From Candidatus Binatia bacterium (GTDB lineage Bacteria > Desulfobacterota > Binatia > HRBIN30): a stretch of DNA of 64,000 nucleotides. Under the pieces are notes generated by a model. The model had not been told where the DNA came from. It did not search any database and saw nothing but the letters and a program-made list of their open reading frames with translations. The stretch lies in NCBI GenBank assembly GCA_038245295.1, contig JBBRSP010000020.1:1-64000 (forward strand), read 5' to 3'. Shown one piece after another: positions 8,541 through 22,841 of the stretch (the first letter of the stretch is position 1; each line of letters starts with the position of its first letter). The position numbers were made by a program, and so were the translations under genes.

Positions 8541-9851
8541 ATGAAAACTTCCGACATGATTCTCGTCAGCGTCGACGACCACGTCGTCGAGCCGCCGGGG
8601 ATGTTCGATCAGCATCTTACGCCGGAATGGAAGGCCAAAGCGCCGCGTGTTGTCCGCAAGAAGGACGGCAGCGATGTGTGGGTGTTCGACGGAGAGCAGT
8701 ATCCCAACGTGGCGCTGAACGCTGTCGTCGGGCGGCCGCCGGAAGAGTACGGTATGGAGCCGACACGTTTCGATCAGCTGCGACCCGGCACGTACAATGT
8801 GCACGAGCGGGTGCGTGACATGAACGCCAACGGTGTGCTTGCGTCGATGTGTTTCCCGTCCTTCCCGGGATTGTTCGGGGATCGCCTTGCCAAGCGGGCC
8901 GACAAGCAACTCGCGCTGACGATGCTGCGTGCCTACAACGATTGGCACATCGACGAGTGGCGCGGATCTTATCCGGAACGTTTCATTCCGTTGGCTCTAC
9001 CGCCTTCGTGGGATCCCAACCTGATGGCCGAGGAAGTTCGTCGCGTTGCCAAGAAGGGCTGTCATGCGGTTGCGTTTACCGAGTCCCCCGAATCGCACGG
9101 CTGGGCCAGTCTGCACAGCAACTACTGGGATCCGTTTTGGAAGGCCTGCGCCGACGAGGGTACCGTCGTCTGCATCCACATCGGCAGTGGCAGCGGCATG
9201 AAGTTCTCGGCGATGGACGCGCCTGTCGACACGATGATCACGATCCAGCCCATCGCCTGCGTCGACTGTGCCGCGAACCTCCTGTGGTCGCGCGTGTTGA
9301 AGGAGTTCCCGACGTTGCGCTTCGCGATGTCGGAAGGCGGTATCGGGTGGATCCCGTATTTCCTCGAACGCGCCGACTACGTGCACGCGCACCATCATTA
9401 TTGGACGCGGCAGGACTTCGGCGGCAGGCAGCCGAGTGACATGTGGCGTGACCACATCATCACGTGTTTCATCGACGACAAGATCGGCGTCCAGAATCGT
9501 CATGCCATCGGTGTGGATACGATCACCTGGGAGTGCGACTACCCGCACTCCGACACCACGTGGCCGCAATCGCCGGAGCGCCTGGCCGAATCCATGGTTG
9601 GTGTGCCCGACGACGAGATCAACAAGATCTCGCACGAGAACGCCATGCGATTCTTCCGCCACGATCCCTACAGTCGGCGACCACGCGAGAAGTGCACGGT
9701 TGGTGCATTGCGGGCCGAGTCGCCTGACGTCGACCTCAGCGTAAAATCGCAAGGTGGTAAGCCCCCGACAACCGAGACGCGCCCGGTGACCACGGCCGAC
9801 ATCCTGCAGCAGTTGTCGACCGTCTACAGCACGGTTCCCGACGGGATGTGA
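8541..9851 (+). CDS. Amidohydrolase family protein (amidohydro_2 type)
   Basis: SVDDHVVEP, AYNDWHIDEW, CIHIG, EGGIGWIP, WECDYPH; AGGAGG RBS before ATG 8541. Confidence 0.93.
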   Translation: MKTSDMILVSVDDHVVEPPGMFDQHLTPEWKAKAPRVVRKKDGSDVWVFDGEQYPNVALNAVVGRPPEEYGMEPTRFDQLRPGTYNVHERVRDMNANGVLASMCFPSFPGLFGDRLAKRADKQLALTMLRAYNDWHIDEWRGSYPERFIPLALPPSWDPNLMAEEVRRVAKKGCHAVAFTESPESHGWASLHSNYWDPFWKACADEGTVVCIHIGSGSGMKFSAMDAPVDTMITIQPIACVDCAANLLWSRVLKEFPTLRFAMSEGGIGWIPYFLERADYVHAHHHYWTRQDFGGRQPSDMWRDHIITCFIDDKIGVQNRHAIGVDTITWECDYPHSDTTWPQSPERLAESMVGVPDDEINKISHENAMRFFRHDPYSRRPREKCTVGALRAESPDVDLSVKSQGGKPPTTETRPVTTADILQQLSTVYSTVPDGM

Positions 9852-9905
9852 AATTTATCGACGACCCACGACGGCTGCGGACACCCTACAAAACCGCCTC
9901 GAAGG

Positions 9906-12089
9906 TCAATGCCTGCCAACGGCCTGCAATGCGCATCCATGCGTGTGTGTTGCGGTCTCACGTGCCGCGTCGGCTTCGGTCTGTCGTCCGGCCTTGAGGA
10001 AGATGGCGACGAGGTCGTCGAAGGCCTGACAGATGTGCCGCCGCACTAGCGGACAATTCTCGTCGAGCCTGTATGCGCCGTTGTTCGGTGAGAAGGCGCA
10101 ACTGTCGGGGGCGAGCTGCTGGTAGGCGGCGAACAGGCCGCGCTGGACGTCGTCGCGGGCCGGGTTGATGATGAATGCTTGCAGGAGACTGATGATGGCC
10201 GCTTCGTTGCCGCCCAGCTTCGCTTGCGCGTCGGCGAGGACCACGTAGATGCCGGAGTTGTTCGGAGCAAAGTGGCGTGCGTTGTGTAAGACCTCAACCG
10301 CCAGCGTCGCTTCGTCGAGCTCCAGATAGACTCCGCCGAGATCCTCATACAGGCGACGTATGCCGACATCCTCGACTTCGCGCGGCGCCTTGCCATGCGC
10401 CAACTGACGCTGGCGTTGCTCGTCGTTGGTGCGCTCCTGCCATGCGGCGGCTCGGCTAAAGGCGTCGACTGCTTTGTGTAAGAAGTTCACGCTCTCGGGT
10501 ACGTTGGCCGGTGCAGACCCCTGGGTGGCGGCCAGCAGCGTTGCCTTGACGCGGTAGTATTTGCCGAGATCGTCGAGGACGTAGCCTGGCACGTCCGCCG
10601 CGGCGGGCGCGTTTCGCTCGAGGATGGACTGCGCCAACTCGGCTTCGGAGATCGCCAGATCGATGTGCCGCTGTGGATCGCTGCGGAATGCCACGCCGGC
10701 AAGACACATATGGCCGCGAAAGCTGTCAGGTGTCGTGACTACGGAACTGGAACAGATTGTCGCATCGTTGCGCCAATCGAAGTTCCGCCAATACGTGCGG
10801 GCGGCGCAAAGAAGCATGATCATCGCCAGGAGGAGGCTGAGGAGCAGGCTGCCTGGCGCCTCATCGAGTGATGTCGCCGTGTGGCCGCCGGCTAGGCAAT
10901 ACGCCAACAGCCCGGCGCAGCCGCTGAAGCCGACGAGCGGCAGGTACAGGTAGCGCTCCGCCATTACTGCCGGGATGAGAACGAGGAGATTGGATGTCGG
11001 CAGCAGGGCGATCAAGAACATCAGGGCGTAGAAGAAGCATGGTCGTGAACGCCGATAGGCGATGCAGGTGACGGCGACGATGGCTGCCAGCCCAACCAAC
11101 GCGACGACCACTTGCCAGTGTTCCCAGTCGGCCAACGTCCAGCGAAACAGCTTCACCTGGTTCACCGAGTAGTCCCAGCTCAAGTGCGCTGGCCACAGTA
11201 ACAGGGCGAGGTTTTTGGCGAACACCTTGCAAGCCGTCAGGCGGGCCGTCCAGAAATCGGTGGCTGCCAGATTGTTCTCGGTCATGAGGATCGGCGCCGG
11301 CGCGCCGGCGAGGTAGACGAGATGTCGCGCCGCAAAGAGCAGAGCTGTTGGTATCGCCAGGATGCTCCACGTGGGTGCGTTGCGACGGATCAGCGAGCCG
11401 GCGGCCGACCCTTCGTCCATGGCGATGTCGTAGAGGACACACACGGGCAAGCCGATAAGGGCACTCTCCTTACAAAAGGCGCCCGCGGTCATCACTCCCG
11501 CCGCCGCGATCATTGCCAGCGGTTTGTGGTCTGACGCGCGGCTCTTGCTGCGGATGTAGAGGAGCAATCCGCCGAGAACGGCGGCGGTCGCGAGGAGGTC
11601 GGCGCGACCCGCCAGGTTGGTGACAACGTCGGCCGTGATGGGGTGAACCGAGAAAAGCACGGCCGCGAAAACGGCCGACTCCCGGTGCCGGATTATGCGT
11701 CGCGCCAGTTCGAAGACCAACACCGAGTTCAGCCAGTGAAGGAGGAGGTTGGTGACGTGATACCCGAATGCACGCGTGCCATACCCGAAGCCGGCATACT
11801 CGAGCAGAAACGATACGTTGGTCAGCGGGCGATAGACGCCGCTCACCCAATCCGGCCACCAGTGATCGTGCGTCAGGATCAGTCGAAGGTTGTCCAGAGT
11901 CGCGGCATGTACGCGCGCCGTGTCGACGATCAAGAACTTACCGTCCAAGGTGAAGTCCGCCTCGAAGGAATTGCTGAACGTCGCAAACGTGATCAACCCG
12001 AGCATCAGGGCGATCAAAAGTCGGTGTGTCTTCTCCTCGGCGGCAGCTGACGACAAAGAGTTCCTCGCTCCCGGTCCGCTTCGTACCAT
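9906..12089 (-). CDS. TMTC-like (DUF1736) GT-C membrane glycosyltransferase with C-terminal TPR
   Basis: YRPLT, YHVTNLLLH, HPI, GRADLL, KE, WPAHLSWDYS and AERYLYLP motifs, multiple TM helices, TPR tail. Confidence 0.88.
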   Translation of the reverse strand: MVRSGPGARNSLSSAAAEEKTHRLLIALMLGLITFATFSNSFEADFTLDGKFLIVDTARVHAATLDNLRLILTHDHWWPDWVSGVYRPLTNVSFLLEYAGFGYGTRAFGYHVTNLLLHWLNSVLVFELARRIIRHRESAVFAAVLFSVHPITADVVTNLAGRADLLATAAVLGGLLLYIRSKSRASDHKPLAMIAAAGVMTAGAFCKESALIGLPVCVLYDIAMDEGSAAGSLIRRNAPTWSILAIPTALLFAARHLVYLAGAPAPILMTENNLAATDFWTARLTACKVFAKNLALLLWPAHLSWDYSVNQVKLFRWTLADWEHWQVVVALVGLAAIVAVTCIAYRRSRPCFFYALMFLIALLPTSNLLVLIPAVMAERYLYLPLVGFSGCAGLLAYCLAGGHTATSLDEAPGSLLLSLLLAMIMLLCAARTYWRNFDWRNDATICSSSVVTTPDSFRGHMCLAGVAFRSDPQRHIDLAISEAELAQSILERNAPAAADVPGYVLDDLGKYYRVKATLLAATQGSAPANVPESVNFLHKAVDAFSRAAAWQERTNDEQRQRQLAHGKAPREVEDVGIRRLYEDLGGVYLELDEATLAVEVLHNARHFAPNNSGIYVVLADAQAKLGGNEAAIISLLQAFIINPARDDVQRGLFAAYQQLAPDSCAFSPNNGAYRLDENCPLVRRHICQAFDDLVAIFLKAGRQTEADAARETATHTHGCALQAVGRH

Positions 12090-12288
12090 GGATGGGAGCC
12101 AGTTCCATCGTCGGAAAGGCGCTTGGCCGGCGTGATAGCTACGGCGGCCTATCTGGAAAGGTTAAAGATCGCGGCCGGCTCGAATGGCTTCGGCCGGCCC
12201 ACAGAAAAGGGTCTGGGCGGGGCAGAACCAGGCAGAAGGGCGGCGGCCCTCACCACCTGGCGTCCTACCTGCCCACTCTCCGCCACGG

Positions 12289-12354
12289 CTAACGCAATAT
12301 CAAAACAATCAGGACGATGAGTACGATAAGGCCTAAACCACCACCAATATACAT
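12289..12354 (-). CDS. 21-aa small membrane peptide MYIGGGLGLIVLIVLIVLILR (resembles DUF3309 C-terminal helix)
   Basis: Translated by hand from ATG 12354 to TAG 12289; GGGAGA RBS upstream; single hydrophobic helix; below ORF-track cutoff. Confidence 0.7.
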   Translation of the reverse strand: MYIGGGLGLIVLIVLIVLILR

Positions 12355-12621
12355 ACAGGGTTCTCCCTTCCGGCCGTTCTGAGCAGCCTTGGACTGTCGG
12401 GCCATCGCAACGGTGGCTCCTCCAATTCCTCCCCTGCTCAAGCTGATCCCCAAGGGTGCCGCCTACAAGCTCGGACTACTACGTGCGTGCATCTACCTCT
12501 GCGTACGACGCAGTGTTCCCCGAAGCCTCGCGTCAGGGGAAGATCGAGAACGGCCTAAGTACTCGGTTTCATAAGTTCGGCGACGTATTTCGCGGCTGTT
12601 CGGAAGCATTGGGCTCACGCG

Positions 12622-12695
12622 CCGCAGGCTGAAGCCTGCGCCTACCAGAGTACGCCCCCTAAAGCGGACCGGTAGGCGCAGGCTTTAGACTGCGG
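12622..12695. repeat. GTAG-type REP inverted doublet
   Basis: ccgcaggctgaagcctgcgcctacc (12622-12646) and ggtaggcgcaggctttagactgcgg (12671-12695), downstream of lysA. Confidence 0.88.
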
Positions 12696-12769
12696 AGGGC
12701 GGTTGCGGATACGTCACCGTACCTGCGCCGAACAGTACTAAGGTTCCCGATGTTGCGGGGTGGTGCGCC

Positions 12770-14053
12770 CTAAAGCGGCTCGAAGCACTCGCGCTGCGTG
12801 ATGTCCTCGATCGTCTCGCGCCGCGCCGTGAGGTAGGCCTTGCCGTCTTCCCACCAGACCTGTGGCGCGCGTCCGAGCGAGACATAGTTCGAGCTCATCG
12901 CCACGCCGTAGGCGCCGGCGTCGTGGAAGACGAGCAGATCGCCCTTGTGTGGCTCGGGTAACTCGCGCGGCTCGAGGAGCTCGTCGGCGCCGCGCGTGAA
13001 CACGTCGCCCGATTCGCACAGCGGGCCGGCGACGTTGACCGCAACGCGCGGCCGTGAGGCCGGGGCGTTGTGGACGACGATATGATGGTACGAGCCGTAC
13101 ATCGCCGGGCGGATGAGATCGTTGAAGCCGGCATCGACCATGGCGAACCGTTGGCCCGGCCCCTTGTCGTTCTGGCGTGTCGTCTTGGTGTCCGTGACAC
13201 GCGCGACGAGCACGGTGCTCGGCGCCACGAAGTAACGGCCTGGCTCGATTTCGACACGCAGATCACGTCCGGCAGCGCGTGTCAGAGCCGCCTGTGCGTC
13301 GCGCAGCGTCTTGGCGAGCGGTGTCAGATCGAATGCCGGTGCTTCCGGTCGATACGGATGCGGTAGTCCCCCACCGAGGCTGACGGCTTGCAGATCCGGA
13401 TAGTCGCTGATGCGTTCGACGAAGAAGTGCGCCAGCTTGGCGATGTTGGCGATGAACTCATCGATGGCTGGGCCGCTGCCGACGTGTGCGTGCAGCAGCA
13501 CGATCGGCAAGCCGGCACTCCGCGCGCAATCCCGCACACGGTCGGCCTCTTCATGCCAAACGCCGTGCTTCGAGCTCGGCCCGCCGGTGTCGGTTGCCAT
13601 CACATGACCGTGCCCGAAGCCCGGATTCAGTCGCACGCCGATCGGTCCGCGGTAGCCGGCGGCATGTAGGTCGTCGATCATCCCGGCCGAGCCGAGGTTC
13701 GGCAGTACGCCCTGCGACAGGACAACGTCGATGCCGTTGTCGCGAAACACGTCGGTCGTGTACAGCACCGTCGGCGGTTGGTTGCCCATCGCAAATCCCA
13801 CCGACTTGGCGCGCAACACCTCGTTGCCGGAGACGGCGTCGAGCCACACGCCGGAGTCGCGCACGACCTCGAGCAGATGGCGCGACGAGAAGGCCTTCAT
13901 GGCGTATCTCGCCTGCAGGTGCGGGTGATCGGTCAGGCTGACGATGTCGCCGAGGCGGCGCTCCAGGACGGCGGCGCTGGTCAGAAAGAATGGCGTGCCG
14001 ACCCGGCGCGCGATGGCTTCTAGATCGACATTTTCAACAAATGGGTCCGGCAT
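12770..14053 (-). CDS. lysA: Diaminopimelate decarboxylase
   Basis: YAMKA (PLP lysine), HAHVGS, EPGRYFV, RPAMYG, GPLCESGD, GAYG..MSSNY. Confidence 0.95.
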   Translation of the reverse strand: MPDPFVENVDLEAIARRVGTPFFLTSAAVLERRLGDIVSLTDHPHLQARYAMKAFSSRHLLEVVRDSGVWLDAVSGNEVLRAKSVGFAMGNQPPTVLYTTDVFRDNGIDVVLSQGVLPNLGSAGMIDDLHAAGYRGPIGVRLNPGFGHGHVMATDTGGPSSKHGVWHEEADRVRDCARSAGLPIVLLHAHVGSGPAIDEFIANIAKLAHFFVERISDYPDLQAVSLGGGLPHPYRPEAPAFDLTPLAKTLRDAQAALTRAAGRDLRVEIEPGRYFVAPSTVLVARVTDTKTTRQNDKGPGQRFAMVDAGFNDLIRPAMYGSYHHIVVHNAPASRPRVAVNVAGPLCESGDVFTRGADELLEPRELPEPHKGDLLVFHDAGAYGVAMSSNYVSLGRAPQVWWEDGKAYLTARRETIEDITQRECFEPL

Positions 14054-14175
14054 CGAGGCTCCTTCGCGACTCGGCTGAGCTACCAGTGACCTTGGCGTGG
14101 TGCAAGATCGGCGATGCCGAGCGAAGATCGTGTTTCCCTGCCAGCCTAGAACAGGCTACTGTCGCGCCGAGATCC

Positions 14176-16014
14176 ATGAGCGAGGCGACAGCGACCGATC
14201 GGGAAAAAGTGCTGCGAGAGGCGCGGGCCGCTGCCGATGCGTTGCTCTTCGAGCGACTGCGTGTTCCGGCTTGGATGGTGCTCGCGGCGATGCCGCTTTA
14301 CGCGGTGGCCGACCATATCTTGCGCCCACCTCGTCTTGCCGAGCTGACTCTGCACAAGTTCCTCCTCTGCAGCGTCGCGGTTGGCCTGCTGATCATCACT
14401 CGACGCCATCGCGAGCTGCGCCCACATGCTCGCGCCATCACTCTGGGCTTCTTCGCTCTCGTGTCGGTCGTTTCGACGCTGTCGAGCAACGTCAACGGAC
14501 GTTTCGCGCCGCAAGTCACCATGGAGATGCTGGCGGTGATGCTGGGCGCGACGTTTGCGCCCTGGGGCGCAGCCGTGCAGGCTGTTGCCGTCGCAATCGC
14601 GGGAGCGTGTGCGATGTGGAATGTCGTTGCCGTCACGGGCACGGCATCGGTCCTTCTCGATTACACGACCCTGGTGTTCTTCGTCGCCTGGATTGTGTCG
14701 ATCTATGTCGCCGGCCAGCTGGAGCAGGCCCGCATCGATCTGGCGATGAAGAACGCCGAGCGTGAGGCGGCCGAAACGGCGCTGCGCGACGAGGCGATGA
14801 TTTCCTCGACGCTGGCCCATGTCGGGCAGGCCCTCATCGGCGTCGTCAACTCGCCGCTGCTGCTGCAGCGGTTGAGCGAGCTGACCAAGGAAGCCATCGA
14901 GGCCGACCGTACCTTCACGGTGCTTCCAAACCATCGTGGCGAGTTCAGTGTGCTGACCCACGCCGGCTATCCGCCGGAGCAGGCACCGGCCTTGCAGCTT
15001 CTGCCACTCGATAGCCCGGGCTTGCGGCGCTTCCTGGGCCAGCTCGACGAGGCGGACCTCATTTGCATGACGCCGCCCACCGAGGCGGGCGCGATTCGCT
15101 GGCACAAACGGTTTGGCTTGACCGGGTCGATGTCGGTTGCCATCCGCCGCGGCGGTGAGTTGGTCGGCTACCATGCCGTGGGAATGGTAAGCCCGTGCGC
15201 CGGCTTCAGCAGCGCCCAGCAACGCATCATGGCTGGTCTGGCGCATTTGATCTCAATGGCTCTGGAGACAAACCGTCTCGCCCGCGAGCTAGATCTGGCC
15301 AACCGGGTCAAATCCGATTTCGTCGCCAACATGTCCCACGAGCTGCGCACGCCGCTCAACGTGATCATTGGCTACCATTCCCTGTTGCTGGACGACGTCT
15401 TCGGCGCTCTTGCTCCCGAGCAACGCGACGTGCTGCAGCGTGCCGGGCGCAGCACGCGGGATCTTCTCGATATGGTGAACGCGACGCTCGACCTCAGTCG
15501 ACACGGCGATTCGCTGCAGCCCCTGGAGATCGAAGCCGTTGATCTGCCTCAACTGGTGCGGGAGCTTGTCGAGGATGTCGGTGCGGCGGGCTTGCATCCT
15601 GGTGTCGAGCTGCAATCGGAGGTCGATGGCGACCTGCCAACTCTGTACACCGACGCGGTCAAGCTGCGTATGATCCTCAAAAACTTGCTGCAGAACGCGG
15701 CCAAGTTCACCATGCAAGGAATGGTGCGGTTGAGTGTCCGCCAGCGTGCGGAGCGCATCGAATTCCGGGTCGCCGACAGCGGTCCCGGAATTGCCCCGGA
15801 GCTGCACAAGCGTATCTTCGAGCCGTTCTTCCAGGTTGATACGAACCCGCTCTCCGGGCGCGGCGGGGCCGGGCTTGGGCTGTACATTGTTCGTCGTCTG
15901 GCCGAGATGTTTGGCGCTTCCGTGTCTCTGCGGAGCGAGCTGGGAAGTGGTGCGGAGTTTTGCCTGAGCCTTCCCGTCGGAGCATCCTCGTCGGCGCGAC
16001 GCCCTCTGGTGTAG
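14176..16014 (+). CDS. Membrane GAF-domain sensor histidine kinase
   Basis: About 6 TM helices, GAF-like region, H-box MSHELRTPL, N-box NAAKF, DSGPGI, GAGLGL. Start at MSEATA. Confidence 0.92.
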   Translation: MSEATATDREKVLREARAAADALLFERLRVPAWMVLAAMPLYAVADHILRPPRLAELTLHKFLLCSVAVGLLIITRRHRELRPHARAITLGFFALVSVVSTLSSNVNGRFAPQVTMEMLAVMLGATFAPWGAAVQAVAVAIAGACAMWNVVAVTGTASVLLDYTTLVFFVAWIVSIYVAGQLEQARIDLAMKNAEREAAETALRDEAMISSTLAHVGQALIGVVNSPLLLQRLSELTKEAIEADRTFTVLPNHRGEFSVLTHAGYPPEQAPALQLLPLDSPGLRRFLGQLDEADLICMTPPTEAGAIRWHKRFGLTGSMSVAIRRGGELVGYHAVGMVSPCAGFSSAQQRIMAGLAHLISMALETNRLARELDLANRVKSDFVANMSHELRTPLNVIIGYHSLLLDDVFGALAPEQRDVLQRAGRSTRDLLDMVNATLDLSRHGDSLQPLEIEAVDLPQLVRELVEDVGAAGLHPGVELQSEVDGDLPTLYTDAVKLRMILKNLLQNAAKFTMQGMVRLSVRQRAERIEFRVADSGPGIAPELHKRIFEPFFQVDTNPLSGRGGAGLGLYIVRRLAEMFGASVSLRSELGSGAEFCLSLPVGASSSARRPLV

Positions 16015-16040
16015 TTGGGCTTTTCCACTAAAGATGAGTC

Positions 16041-16568
16041 ATGCGATTGAACAACTCCGGTTTCTGCTTCCTCGGTGCTCTTCTGCTGGCGGGTTGTGCC
16101 GCGCAACGGCCGCCTCTGCCGGACGTTCCGCAGGTCGATCTCCCGCGCTTCATGGGTGACTGGTACGTCATTGCCAGCATTCCGACTCCATTCGAGGGCG
16201 GCGCGCATAACGCCGTCGAATCGTACAAGCTGGATGCCGACGGGACCATTGCGACGACGTTCAGCTATCGTGACGGGAGCTTCGATGGCAAGGTGAAGAC
16301 CATGCACCCGCGCGGCTATGTTCTCGACAAAGAATCGAATGCGGTGTGGGCCATGCAGTTCTTCTGGCCGATCAAGAGCGACTTTCGCATCGCCTACGTG
16401 AGCTCCGACTACAAACGAACCATCATCGCGCGTGAGAAGCGTGATTATGTCTGGATCATGGCGCGTGCACCGTCGATCAGCGCTGAAGAGTATGCCAGGT
16501 TGAAGAAGTTGGTGACGGGATTTGGCTACGATGTGGAGCAGCTCGAAAGGGTGCCCCAACGCTGGTAG
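16041..16568 (+). CDS. blc: Bacterial lipocalin (Blc-like lipoprotein)
   Basis: Lipobox LAGC, VDLPRFMGDWY, YVWIMAR. Confidence 0.9.
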   Translation: MRLNNSGFCFLGALLLAGCAAQRPPLPDVPQVDLPRFMGDWYVIASIPTPFEGGAHNAVESYKLDADGTIATTFSYRDGSFDGKVKTMHPRGYVLDKESNAVWAMQFFWPIKSDFRIAYVSSDYKRTIIAREKRDYVWIMARAPSISAEEYARLKKLVTGFGYDVEQLERVPQRW

Positions 16569-16604
16569 GTGAAACCGCCGCCAACGCTGCGGCATCCATA
16601 CCTT

Positions 16605-17609
16605 ATGCCAAAGCTCGGCAACCCACCGCCTTCCCGTGAGATCACGACCGAATCGCTGTATCTGCGACGCCGGGAGTTTCTGCGCGACTCGCTGTTGTTT
16701 ACGGCAACCGCTGCGGGTGTAGGAAGCGGCCTGTTGTGGTTGATGGGTGGCGGGCGGGCCAGCCAACGGCAGGGGACGAGTTCTCCAACCAGTGCTGTGG
16801 CGGGGGCACCGTCGATACCCCTGAACGTCACCAAACATGAGGACTATGGGTTGGACGAGGCATGGACCAGCGAGGCCTCGGTCACTTCGTACAACAACTT
16901 CTACGAATTCGGCACCGACAAGAGCGATCCTGCGGCGTATGCCGAAACATTGCGGCCGCGGCCCTGGACGATCACCATCGACGGCGAAGTTGCCAAGCCG
17001 GCGGTGATCGACATTGACCAGCTCATCCAACGTTTTCCGCTCGAGGAGCGCGTCTACCGCATGCGTTGCGTCGAGGCGTGGTCCATGGTGATTCCGTGGG
17101 TCGGCTTCTCACTCGGCGAGCTCCTCAAGCAGGTCGAGCCGACATCGTTGGCACGTTACGTGTCGTTCACGACATTGCTCGATCCGCAGCAGATGCCGCA
17201 GGAGAAGGCCAATCTGCTCGATTGGCCATACGTGGAAGGTCTGCGGATCGATGAAGCGATGCACCCGCTGACCATTCTGGCCGTCGGCCTGTATGGGAAA
17301 GTATTGCCGAATCAGAACGGCGCGCCGCTGCGCCTGGTCGTGCCGTGGAAGTATGGCTTCAAGGGCATCAAGTCGATCGTCAAGATTACACTTACCGGCA
17401 GCGAGCCGCGGTCGACCTGGAATCTGGCGGCTCCCAACGAGTACGGCTTCTACGCCAACGTCAATCCGGCGGTTGACCATCCGCGCTGGAGCCAGGCGAC
17501 GGAACGGCGCATCGGCGAGTTGCGCCGTCGACCGACCTTGCCGTTCAACGGCTACGCCGAGCAGGTTGCCGATCTGTACAAGGGCATGGATCTGATGCGC
17601 TACTTCTAA
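16605..17609 (+). CDS. msrP: Periplasmic methionine-sulfoxide reductase catalytic subunit (Mo)
   Basis: Tat motif [44 protein letters not shown]. Start could be 16569. Confidence 0.96.
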   Translation: MPKLGNPPPSREITTESLYLRRREFLRDSLLFTATAAGVGSGLLWLMGGGRASQRQGTSSPTSAVAGAPSIPLNVTKHEDYGLDEAWTSEASVTSYNNFYEFGTDKSDPAAYAETLRPRPWTITIDGEVAKPAVIDIDQLIQRFPLEERVYRMRCVEAWSMVIPWVGFSLGELLKQVEPTSLARYVSFTTLLDPQQMPQEKANLLDWPYVEGLRIDEAMHPLTILAVGLYGKVLPNQNGAPLRLVVPWKYGFKGIKSIVKITLTGSEPRSTWNLAAPNEYGFYANVNPAVDHPRWSQATERRIGELRRRPTLPFNGYAEQVADLYKGMDLMRYF

Positions 17610-17611
17610 CG

Positions 17612-18220
17612 ATGCCACGCACCACACCTTATCGATGGCTCAAGCCGGCAGTGTTTGTCGGAGCGCTGGCACCGATCACCGCGATCGGTTTTGCTGCCTG
17701 GCGCGACCAGCTCGGGGCCAACCCGATCTCGCAAGCCATGAACCAGCTGGGTCTCGTCACGCTCATCTTTCTCGTCGCCGCCTTGGCGTGCACGCCGCTC
17801 AAGATCTTTGCGGGCTGGACGTGGCCCATTCGGTTACGGCGCATGCTCGGCCTATGGGCGTTCTTCTACGCGGCGCTTCATGTGACGACGTATACAGTTC
17901 TCGATCAGAGCCTCGAGTGGCGCGCCATCTACGTCGACATCATCAAGCGCAAGTTCATCTTCGTCGGTTTCGCGGCGTTCGTGACCCTGATCCCCTTGGC
18001 GATCACGTCGACCAATGGCGCGGTGAAGCGATTGGGCTTCGCGCGCTGGAAGCAGCTGCATCGCCTGGCCTACCTGGCGCCGGCGCTCGGTGTCATTCAC
18101 TTCGTCTGGCGCGTCAAGAAGGACGTCACCGAACCGGTCGCATACGGCGTTATCCTCGCCTTGTTCCTCGGCGCTCGTATCGTTGGGCAGCTCAAGACGA
18201 GCGCGCAAACAGCTCGGTAA
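17612..18220 (+). CDS. msrQ: MsrP heme-binding membrane subunit
   Basis: RRMLGLWAFFYAALH, PLAITS, WKQLHRLAY; follows msrP. Confidence 0.95.
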   Translation: MPRTTPYRWLKPAVFVGALAPITAIGFAAWRDQLGANPISQAMNQLGLVTLIFLVAALACTPLKIFAGWTWPIRLRRMLGLWAFFYAALHVTTYTVLDQSLEWRAIYVDIIKRKFIFVGFAAFVTLIPLAITSTNGAVKRLGFARWKQLHRLAYLAPALGVIHFVWRVKKDVTEPVAYGVILALFLGARIVGQLKTSAQTAR

Positions 18221-18265
18221 GCTCAACGTTCCGGCCGAGACAGGGCTCTTTCTTAAAGCGGAAGC

Positions 18266-22452
<4,187 letters not shown>

Positions 22453-22737
22453 TGCTGCACCAACCTTCGATCAACGTGTCCTCGACCACGGACTTGTCGC
22501 CGCCGTCTGCAAACGCAGTCGGATTCTCCGGCGAAGCACGGGCCGATGGGAAAGACCTAAACCGCTTACTGTCTGTCGTCGGTTCGTTGCGGGAGAGACG
22601 TACCCACCACCCACCGCCACAACCACAGGCGCCTCTATACCGAAATTCCACGGCGTGATGGTAGCCCTATCGACGGCATTGGGGTGCCTGCCGCCCGTCA
22701 CCACGGCCCTACCGGAAGACATGTTCGCGCAATTTTT

Positions 22738-22764
22738 GAATCCGATCATCCCGGTTTCCCCGTA
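22738..22764 (+). promoter_or_regulatory. Possible ECF-sigma (SigK-like) promoter for the DUF4331 cluster
   Basis: GAATCC-N17-CGTA about 80 nt upstream of the start; similarity by eye only. Confidence 0.25.
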
Positions 22765-22841
22765 CCCATACCGAACACGAGACGCACAAGCGCAAGAAGG
22801 AAGGGAGATCGAACTGTGGCAAGTAAAGACGGGAGGACGCC

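Noticed and set aside
14054..14175. Lysine riboswitch upstream of lysA
   Set aside because: The gap is only ~120 bp and lacks recognisable L-box features.
22453..22841. Short ORFs or ncRNA in the parC/DUF4331 divergent gap
   Set aside because: No convincing RBS, motif or stable conserved structure seen; treated as promoter region.
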